23,221 bases of DNA from an uncultured bacterium (GTDB taxonomy: Bacteria > Schekmanbacteria > GWA2-38-11 > J061), in assembly GCA_964549305.1 (NCBI GenBank), contig CAZJVM010000026.1, forward strand, positions 1-23,221, written 5' to 3'. The notes under the pieces are model-generated. The model did no database searches and was not told the DNA's origin. It was given only the letters and a program-made list of their open reading frames with translations. The translations under genes and the position numbers were made by a program. Below, one piece after another: positions 16,567 through 23,221 of the stretch. The first letter of the stretch is position 1. Each line of letters starts with the position of its first letter.

Positions 16567-17598
16567 ATGAATGCGAGAAAAAAAACTGCATCTGTCGTAG
16601 TGCTGAACTGGAACGGAAAAGATTATATCTGCGAATGTGTTGACTCCCTTCTTTCTCAGACATATGAGAATGTCGAAATAGTTATTGTCGATAACGGTTC
16701 AACTGACGGTTCTGCGGAAATGCTTGAAAAAAAATACGCAGACAGAATCAGTCTGATCAAAAAGGAGAAAAATTTTGGGTTTGCCGTGGGAAATAACGCG
16801 GGGATAAAGGAGGCAGGGGGTGAATTCATATTCCTCTTAAACAGCGACGCGGTGGCGGAAGCGCGATGGATTGAAGAAGTTGTAAAGTGCGCCGAAAGAA
16901 ATCCTTCTTCAGGTATGTTTGCAAGCAGAATTCTGCAATATGACAGGCGAAGCATAATCGACAATACGGGGCACCTCATATACAGGGACGGACTAAACAG
17001 AGGCAGAGGCCGCCTTGAAACTGATTGCGGATACTATGACAGGGAAGCGGAGGTTTTTTTCCCCAGCGGCTGCGCGGCAATGTATCGAAAGGAAGCGCTG
17101 GCCGCGAAAACTCCCTTTGACGAAGATTTCTTTGCCTACGGGGATGATACGGATATAGGTCTGATGTGCAGAATGGGGGGATGGAAATGCACCTATGTGC
17201 CTTCGGCTGTAGTTTATCACCGTTACTCCGCGTCAACTTCCGCATACTCCAAACTCAAAGCCTTTTACGTAGAACGAAACAGAATCTGGATAGCGGTAAA
17301 ATATTTTCCTTTCCTTGACCTTGCTGTCAGCCCTTTCTATACTCTTTTACGACTGCTTTTACAGGCATACGGCGCTCTTTCGGGAAAGGGCGCGGCGGGA
17401 AAATTTACTGAGGAATTTTCCAAATCGGATTTGCTTGTTATTTTATTCAGGGCGTATTTTTCCGCTATTAAAGGAATCCCCTCTATGCTTGAAAAAAGGC
17501 GGAAGATTCAAAGGGAGTCGAAGATAGATTCCGGACAATTCAGAAGATGGCTAAAGGAATTTTCAATCAGCGTGGGTGAAATCGCGTTAAAGGAATAA
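16567..17598 (+). CDS. Glycosyltransferase family 2 (WbbL/rhamnosyltransferase-like subgroup)
   Basis: VVVLNWNG, VDNGSTDGS, NFGFAVGNN, LLNSD, FDEDFFAYGDDTD, VYH and ERNRIW. Confidence 0.9.
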   Translation: MNARKKTASVVVLNWNGKDYICECVDSLLSQTYENVEIVIVDNGSTDGSAEMLEKKYADRISLIKKEKNFGFAVGNNAGIKEAGGEFIFLLNSDAVAEARWIEEVVKCAERNPSSGMFASRILQYDRRSIIDNTGHLIYRDGLNRGRGRLETDCGYYDREAEVFFPSGCAAMYRKEALAAKTPFDEDFFAYGDDTDIGLMCRMGGWKCTYVPSAVVYHRYSASTSAYSKLKAFYVERNRIWIAVKYFPFLDLAVSPFYTLLRLLLQAYGALSGKGAAGKFTEEFSKSDLLVILFRAYFSAIKGIPSMLEKRRKIQRESKIDSGQFRRWLKEFSISVGEIALKE

Positions 17599-17604
17599 TT
17601 TTTA

Positions 17605-18987
17605 ATGAAGATACTGCTGCTTAATCCGCCTGCAAGGAGAGAAGAATACGAAAACATAGTGGTTCCTCCCCTTGGGCTTTCCTATCTGTGCTCTTCGGCA
17701 AGGGCAAAAGGTTTCGATGTAAAGATTCTCGATGCTTTTGCCCTTGGGATTGGTTGGGATTCTCTTTGCGATGAAGCAGGAAAATTCTCTCCTGACATTC
17801 TTGGCATTGGCGGAATGAGTCCTGTCATAGATACATCCTTTCGCGCGGCAAAACTTCTGAAGAACAATGTAAAGCGGATTGTAATGGGAGGTCCGCATAT
17901 TACGGCATTTCGGGAAAAGGTCTTTGAACAATGCCCTGAGGTGGATGAGGGAATTCTCGGAGAAGGCGAAGAAACCTTCTGCGAGTATTTGGCGGCAGTG
18001 GAAAAAGACGAAAATATATCCGGCATTAAGGGAATGATTACAAGGGAAGGGATTGCGGAAAGCAGAGGACTTATAGAGGATATCGATTCGATGCCCTTTC
18101 CCGACCGTTCTTCCCTGCCCAATGAATTGTACCGTTATCCCTTCGCCTGGGAGGGCGCTGTTACCACAATGTTTACCTCGAGAGGATGTCCTTACAAATG
18201 CGTCTTCTGCGACAAATCTGTTTTCGGCAGTAAATGGAGGGGACGTTCACCTGAAAATATAATTGCGGAAATCGAAGAGGTGGTAACAAATTACGGAACT
18301 AAAAATATGATTTTTTACGATGATCTTTTCACTCTCAAAAAAGAAAGAGTGCTGAAAATTTGCAGTATGATTAAGGAAAGAAACCTTGATATCAGATGGA
18401 AGTGCGAAGGACGTGTTGACAGGATAGACAGGGAAATGCTTTCCGTTATGAAGGATGCCGGATGTCGTGTTATTGCTTTTGGCGTTGAAAGCGGAAATCA
18501 GAAAGGGCTCGATTATCTGAAGAAGAATCTTGACCTTTCAAAGGTAAAGAGGGCGTTTCAGATGGCGCGCGCCGAAGGAATTGAAACAATTGCCTACTTC
18601 ATCCTGGGGATTCCAAACGAAACTTATGAAGACGAAAAGGAGACAGTGAAATTTGCCGTTGAAGTGAATCCCACCTATGCCCAGTTCAGTACTCTTTCCC
18701 CCTACTACGGCACCTGGATTTACGAGGAGGCGATGAAAAAAGACTGGTATAGGGAGGCATCTGCAAAGAATCCCCTTGATAAGGATTTAAAGCGCCCTGT
18801 GATAATTTCGGAATTGTGGAGTGAAAAGAAGCTTGAAGATATAATACGCTACGCATACAGGAAGTTTTTTTTCAGACCTTCTTATGTCTATGACCGGATG
18901 AAAAATATTGTCTCATCGCCGGCGAGAATATGGACCATGGCAAAGACCGCTATTTCCCTGTTGAAGTGGTTTTTTTTGAAAAAATAA
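17605..18987 (+). CDS. B12-binding domain radical SAM protein (class B methyltransferase-like)
   Basis: PPLGLSYL, MGGPHIT, GEGE, TSRGCPYKCVFC, FYDDLF, FGVESG and FILGIPNET. Confidence 0.92.
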   Translation: MKILLLNPPARREEYENIVVPPLGLSYLCSSARAKGFDVKILDAFALGIGWDSLCDEAGKFSPDILGIGGMSPVIDTSFRAAKLLKNNVKRIVMGGPHITAFREKVFEQCPEVDEGILGEGEETFCEYLAAVEKDENISGIKGMITREGIAESRGLIEDIDSMPFPDRSSLPNELYRYPFAWEGAVTTMFTSRGCPYKCVFCDKSVFGSKWRGRSPENIIAEIEEVVTNYGTKNMIFYDDLFTLKKERVLKICSMIKERNLDIRWKCEGRVDRIDREMLSVMKDAGCRVIAFGVESGNQKGLDYLKKNLDLSKVKRAFQMARAEGIETIAYFILGIPNETYEDEKETVKFAVEVNPTYAQFSTLSPYYGTWIYEEAMKKDWYREASAKNPLDKDLKRPVIISELWSEKKLEDIIRYAYRKFFFRPSYVYDRMKNIVSSPARIWTMAKTAISLLKWFFLKK

Positions 18988-19039
18988 TTTTATATGATAT
19001 CTTAAAAAGCAATCAGTGACTTGAAAGATTTTCCATAAG

Positions 19040-20401
19040 ATGAAAAAACTACTTTCGGCAATTGTTGTTGCGGCAATCATTTTAGCCCTATATTTTTCCT
19101 TCGGGAACAGGATTGTTTCATTCATAAAGGGCGACGCGTCTTCGTTGAATTTAATAGTCATAACTGTGGACACGGTGCGCGCAGACCGTCTCGGATGCTA
19201 CGGATTTCAGAAAAATACTACTCCCGCAATAGACGCTTTCTCGGAAAAGTCGCTTCTTTTTGAAAATGCAATAGTACCGTTGCCATTAACGGGACCTTCT
19301 CATTCAACAATATTTACCGGAAAATCCATTATAAATCACGGTGTCATAGGAAACGGTTACAAACTTTCAAATGAGAATGTGACACTTGCCGAAATTCTAA
19401 AGGAGAAAGGATATGCCACTGCGGCATTTATTGCATCGAAAGTTTTAGAAAGGGAACATAATTACAGCCAGGGATTTGATGTTTATTCAGGCGGAGAAGT
19501 CTTCGAAAGGCGCGCGGATGTCGTACGTAAAGACTTCTTGGATTGGCTTGAAGCAAATAGCGGTAAAAAGTTTTTCTCCTGGGTACACTTCTATGACGCT
19601 CATTGTCCATATTATGCGCCTGACAAATTCAGAGAGGAATTTAGAGGCGGATATGAAGGTGAACTCAATACTGCCTGGAAGTGCGACAAGGCGCAGTATT
19701 CCAGGATGAATCTTTCAGATGACGATATAGAATATATCAAATCGATGTATGAAGCGGAAATTGCCTATATAGATTCAAATATAAAAAAGATTCTCGATGC
19801 CATTGATGATAAAGGACTGTTAAAAGATACGGTAATTGTAATTACTGCCGACCACGGAGAGTCACTTTACGAAGAAGGCAAATTCGGGCACGACAGGTGC
19901 CTGAAAGATTATGAGATTAATGTTCCTTTGATTGTTTATTATCCGAAAATGAAGAGAGCGGGGGAGAGAGAAATAAGTCAGGTAGCAAGCATTTCAATTA
20001 TGCCCACTATTCTTGATATTATGAAAATTCCCTTCAATGGCAAGATAGACGGAAAGAGTTTCTTTTCCCTTCTTGCCGGAGGTGACGGAGGGGATGAATC
20101 CGCTTTTTCCGTAAGAGTGGTGAAGAGTGAGGACGGTTTGCAAATGATTGAACATTCACTGAGAACGGCGAAATGGAAAGTGATAGTCAAACCCCATGGA
20201 GAAGAACTGTATAACCTTTCAGATGACCCCGGTGAAACCGACAATCTCATAGCGGAAAAGAGTGAATTAAAAGAAGTCCACCCTCTTTTTGACAAACTTT
20301 ATTCGGTTATAGAGATTGATAAAGAGATGATGAAGGGAAAAAAGCAGAAAATTTCACAAAAGACCGTGCGCGACCTTAAAGCACTCGGATATTTGCAGTA
20401 A
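19040..20401 (+). CDS. Exported/anchored sulfatase-like hydrolase/transferase
   Basis: N-terminal signal/anchor, ITVDTVRADRLGCYG, PLTGPSHSTIFTG, HFYDAHCPY, TADHGE, ELYNLSDDPGE and C-terminal DLKALGYLQ. Confidence 0.9.
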   Translation: MKKLLSAIVVAAIILALYFSFGNRIVSFIKGDASSLNLIVITVDTVRADRLGCYGFQKNTTPAIDAFSEKSLLFENAIVPLPLTGPSHSTIFTGKSIINHGVIGNGYKLSNENVTLAEILKEKGYATAAFIASKVLEREHNYSQGFDVYSGGEVFERRADVVRKDFLDWLEANSGKKFFSWVHFYDAHCPYYAPDKFREEFRGGYEGELNTAWKCDKAQYSRMNLSDDDIEYIKSMYEAEIAYIDSNIKKILDAIDDKGLLKDTVIVITADHGESLYEEGKFGHDRCLKDYEINVPLIVYYPKMKRAGEREISQVASISIMPTILDIMKIPFNGKIDGKSFFSLLAGGDGGDESAFSVRVVKSEDGLQMIEHSLRTAKWKVIVKPHGEELYNLSDDPGETDNLIAEKSELKEVHPLFDKLYSVIEIDKEMMKGKKQKISQKTVRDLKALGYLQ

Positions 20402-20408
20402 CCGATTC

Positions 20409-21968
20409 TTATTTTACCTTTGAAATGTAGAGTGTAACGGGATAAATATTCTTATCGCCCAATTCAAGAGTCATAATACTGATGTCTTTTATAAGGGGAT
20501 TGAAGGTTTCGGCAAAGGAATCAAAAAGCGTATCCGTTTTTCCTCGGACCTTTTTCAATATTGGTATGTCGGGAGGATGTTTTACGGGAAAAATCCAGAA
20601 TATATGTTCGAATTTGTCCGCTTCCACTACCCCCCCCTGATAAATGGAAATGTCGTTTTCAATGAGAATTCCGGACAATTTTTCGTTTTCCTTGCTAACC
20701 CATACCCATTTGTTTTTGCTCCCCTTGTAGGGATAAAACACTTCTCTCCAATTAAAGAGGTAACAGATAAGGGAATTTGAATATTCCTTTTCAATGGTTG
20801 AGTAAACTTCGTTTCTTGCAATGAAAAAACTTCCCCAGAAACCTCTGTAATATGTGTCCAGTTTTAGATTTTCCCATATTTGAAGAGTCGCCGGAATAAG
20901 GAAAAGAATCAAAAGGGTTGATCTAATCTTTTTCTTTGGGATCATCGATATGGCACAATAGGCGGAAACGGCAATCAGAGAGGAAAAGGGAATTGCCGAT
21001 TGTGCGAGATATCTTGTTTCCGAGCTTGGAAGTATGGGCCAGAGGCAGACCGAAAAAAAAGACCACAGAGCGAAGAAGAGAACTAATCCCGGGATTTTTC
21101 CCCTTGTTTCCTTTTGCTTGACTTGAAAGATAATCGCGCAAAGGGAAATCAGAAGCAGAGTCAGCAGAGGTATGCCGACGACGATAACGGATTGCCTTGA
21201 TAGTTCCTCAACCTGCGGTAATTTAATTTCCTGATGATAATAAAAGGAAGGTGAAAGAAATTTCGGGAGAAGCGCAACGGTAAGCATAACGAAGCATAAG
21301 GGAAAGTATATTTTTGCCTTTCTGTAATTTATCAGAAGAATGTAGAAAATCAGCACGGGCGCAATTATGCTGCAACTCGGTTTTGCCTTCATCGCCGTAA
21401 GGTAAAGAAACAATATGAGAATCTGCAGAGGAATCGTATCCTTCCATTTTTTGCTCTCATCATTGAATAGATTAAAGAACAATATGAAAATGATTAGCAT
21501 TAAAAACTGCGACACTATTTCCATTTCCAGGCACCACAGCACTGATTCATAAACTGGGATGGCAGTTAAAAACATTATGCCTGCAAGCATTGCGGGATAT
21601 CTGCTTCCGGTTTCTCTGCGAATAAAATAAAAAAGCAGAATAACCGTCAGAAAGAGGAAAATGCTTTTTAGAAAATGATATGGAAAAGGAGTATATCCGA
21701 AGAGGTCATTGAAGAATTTAGCGATAAAAACCTGTACGGGGCGGTCTGCAAGACTTGCGTCACGAACAAGGGTTTTTCCCCAGTAAAAATTTGGGAAAGG
21801 ATTCAGATAAGCAAGAACAATGTCTGAATAGGAGACAGTAACAGAAAGATTTATCTGATCAACATCTTCCCAAAGGAAAGGGAGTCCCTGATAGAAAAAT
21901 ACTATGAATCCTGTTGTCAGAAGCGCGATTATTAAAAAAGCCGAATAAGAAAAAAATTTTTTCTCCAT
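20409..21968 (-). CDS. Polytopic membrane protein, GT-C superfamily glycosyltransferase-like (PMT/ArnT/TMTC-like)
   Basis: TM1 is followed by the acidic pair LWED, then DRPV, FGYTPFPYH, YESVLW, AMKAKPS and a late TRYL. About 10 TM segments precede a soluble C-terminal tail. Confidence 0.68.
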   Translation of the reverse strand: MEKKFFSYSAFLIIALLTTGFIVFFYQGLPFLWEDVDQINLSVTVSYSDIVLAYLNPFPNFYWGKTLVRDASLADRPVQVFIAKFFNDLFGYTPFPYHFLKSIFLFLTVILLFYFIRRETGSRYPAMLAGIMFLTAIPVYESVLWCLEMEIVSQFLMLIIFILFFNLFNDESKKWKDTIPLQILILFLYLTAMKAKPSCSIIAPVLIFYILLINYRKAKIYFPLCFVMLTVALLPKFLSPSFYYHQEIKLPQVEELSRQSVIVVGIPLLTLLLISLCAIIFQVKQKETRGKIPGLVLFFALWSFFSVCLWPILPSSETRYLAQSAIPFSSLIAVSAYCAISMIPKKKIRSTLLILFLIPATLQIWENLKLDTYYRGFWGSFFIARNEVYSTIEKEYSNSLICYLFNWREVFYPYKGSKNKWVWVSKENEKLSGILIENDISIYQGGVVEADKFEHIFWIFPVKHPPDIPILKKVRGKTDTLFDSFAETFNPLIKDISIMTLELGDKNIYPVTLYISKVK

Positions 21969-21977
21969 ATTTCTGCT

Positions 21978-22006
21978 ATTCTATAATCTAATTTAGAAAA
22001 TGGCAA
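21978..22006 (-). promoter_or_regulatory. Sigma-70 promoter of the GT-C-like gene
   Basis: Minus strand TTGCCA (22006-22001), N17, TAGAAT (21983-21978), ending 9 nt before the ATG at 21968. Confidence 0.65.
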
Positions 22007-22040
22007 AATGCCTTTTTGATTTTTTAAAGCCCTGTCGTAA

Positions 22041-22049
22041 TGATATAAT
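22041..22049 (+). promoter_or_regulatory. Extended -10 promoter (TGnTATAAT) of the GT4 gene
   Basis: TGATATAAT at 22041-22049, 45 nt upstream of the ATG at 22095. Confidence 0.55.
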
Positions 22050-22094
22050 TCAATAACGATTATCTTATCAGAGAAAGGCGCTTCAAATACTCCT

Positions 22095-23221
22095 ATGAAA
22101 GTAGCGGTAATAACTCCCGTCTATCCTCCCTATTCCTCGGGAATGTCAGGAATGGCAGAGGAAGAAGTGAATATGCTCGAGGAGGAAGGATTCGACGTGA
22201 CCGTATTTACGCCTTCCCGTCCGGGAGAGGGCAAAAGCGATGAAAGAGGGAAAATTCAGCGGTTAAATCCCATCTTTAAATATGGCAACGGTTCATTTAT
22301 TCCACAGTTCGCGTGGAAACTTTCTCCTTTTGACATTATCCATATTCATTATCCCTTCATAGGCGCGTCGGAGATACTGTTGTTGTGGAAAAAACTCTTT
22401 GGCGGGGACAAGCGCCTTTTTGTCACTTATCAGCTTGACCTTCAGGGTGAAGGAGTAGTGCGGACATTCTTCAATCTTTACAATTCGATTGTAACACCTT
22501 CAGTCATCAAATGCGCGTCCACGGTTATGTTTACGTCGATGGACTATGCCGAATCTTCGCTCTTTTATCCGTTGTTCAAAAAAATGTCCTGTGAGGAGAA
22601 ACTTAAACTTGCCGAGATTCCCGGTCCTGTTCGAACCGAGAGGTTTCATCCGGCAGAGAAAAGAATCGACTTATTAAAAAAATACAATCTTAAACAGGAG
22701 AATAAAACAGCGCTCTTTGTAGGGTCACTTGACAGGGCGCATTATTTCAAGGGGATTTCCGTTCTGCTTTCAGCTTTTGAAATCTATTGCCGAAAATCGG
22801 GCGACGATAAAGCGCGCCTTCTCATAGGCGGTGAAGGGGATATGAAAAGTGAATATATGAATCAGGCAAAGTCTTCGGAAATTTTAAGGGAAAAAGTGGT
22901 TTTTGCCGGAAAGATTCCTGAAGGCGAACTTCCACACTTCTACAATCTCGGGGATTTTGTGGTTCTTCCTTCGATTGATTCCTCGGAGGCATTCGGCATT
23001 GTCATTGCCGAGGGTTATGCTTCGGGAAAACCTGCTCTTGCCTCAGACCTTCCCGGAGTAAGGTCGGTAATCGTTAAGGAAGAGACCGGTGTTTTGGCGA
23101 AACCTTCAAACAATGAAGACCTTTGCGAAAAGCTTTCCTTTATGTTTAATGACGCGCCGCTTAAAGAATGGGGTGAAAATGCGCGCAAAAGAGCGCAGAG
23201 GAAATACGACAGGACTGTTGT
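22095..23221 (+). CDS. Glycosyltransferase family 4 (GT-B fold), 3' end beyond the window
   Basis: Translated by hand: MKVAVITPVYPPYSSGMSG...FDIIHIHYPF...LFVGSLDRAHYFKG...VLPSIDSSEAFGIVIAEGYASGKPALASDLPGV (E-X7-E motif). The frame is open to the window end and is missing from the ORF track. Confidence 0.92.
   Translation, partial: MKVAVITPVYPPYSSGMSGMAEEEVNMLEEEGFDVTVFTPSRPGEGKSDERGKIQRLNPIFKYGNGSFIPQFAWKLSPFDIIHIHYPFIGASEILLLWKKLFGGDKRLFVTYQLDLQGEGVVRTFFNLYNSIVTPSVIKCASTVMFTSMDYAESSLFYPLFKKMSCEEKLKLAEIPGPVRTERFHPAEKRIDLLKKYNLKQENKTALFVGSLDRAHYFKGISVLLSAFEIYCRKSGDDKARLLIGGEGDMKSEYMNQAKSSEILREKVVFAGKIPEGELPHFYNLGDFVVLPSIDSSEAFGIVIAEGYASGKPALASDLPGVRSVIVKEETGVLAKPSNNEDLCEKLSFMFNDAPLKEWGENARKRAQRKYDRTV

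Noticed and set aside
7527-18987. Hopanoid tailoring cluster (HpnA/B/H/I/J/P-like mix of epimerase, GT2 and radical SAMs)
   Set aside because: No squalene synthase, squalene-hopene cyclase, HpnG or HpnN gene is in the window, and I saw no Hpn-specific motifs. The resemblance is only at superfamily level, though a lipid substrate is not excluded.
1124-21447. Numerous short antisense or alternate-frame ORFs in the track (for example 2507-2911, 8054-8557, 14940-15356, 17682-18122)
   Set aside because: They overlap well-supported genes and lack motifs and RBSs, so they are treated as shadow ORFs.

Overview
This is an AT-rich bacterial chromosomal window devoted mostly to cell-envelope glycan synthesis and tailoring. 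The core is a tightly packed, roughly 12.9-kb plus-strand cluster (7527-20401). In order, it encodes a polyprenol-phosphate-type GT2, a radical SAM enzyme with a Cys-rich C-terminus, an NAD-dependent epimerase/dehydratase, a methyltransferase, two tandem paralogous cobalamin-dependent radical SAM enzymes, a second methyltransferase, a large polytopic membrane protein, a second GT2, a third cobalamin-dependent radical SAM enzyme and a sulfatase-fold protein. It is followed by a convergent GT-C-like membrane glycosyltransferase and a GT4 gene that runs off the window edge and is absent from the ORF track. Divergent from the cluster is a sequon-rich PEP-CTERM surface protein with a consensus sigma-54 promoter and a tandem enhancer-like site. 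The left arm encodes a flavin split-barrel protein, a membrane-anchored sulfatase-fold protein, a fourth cobalamin radical SAM enzyme, a hypothetical protein, a small exported protein and an SDR. I saw no rRNA, tRNA, CRISPR array or mobile element. The best candidate for an undescribed system is a pathway in which a lipid-linked sugar is tailored by radical SAM/B12 chemistry and transferred by GT-C enzymes to a surface acceptor, possibly PEP-CTERM proteins. Family calls come from motifs read by eye; no searches were run, and the pathway model is inference.
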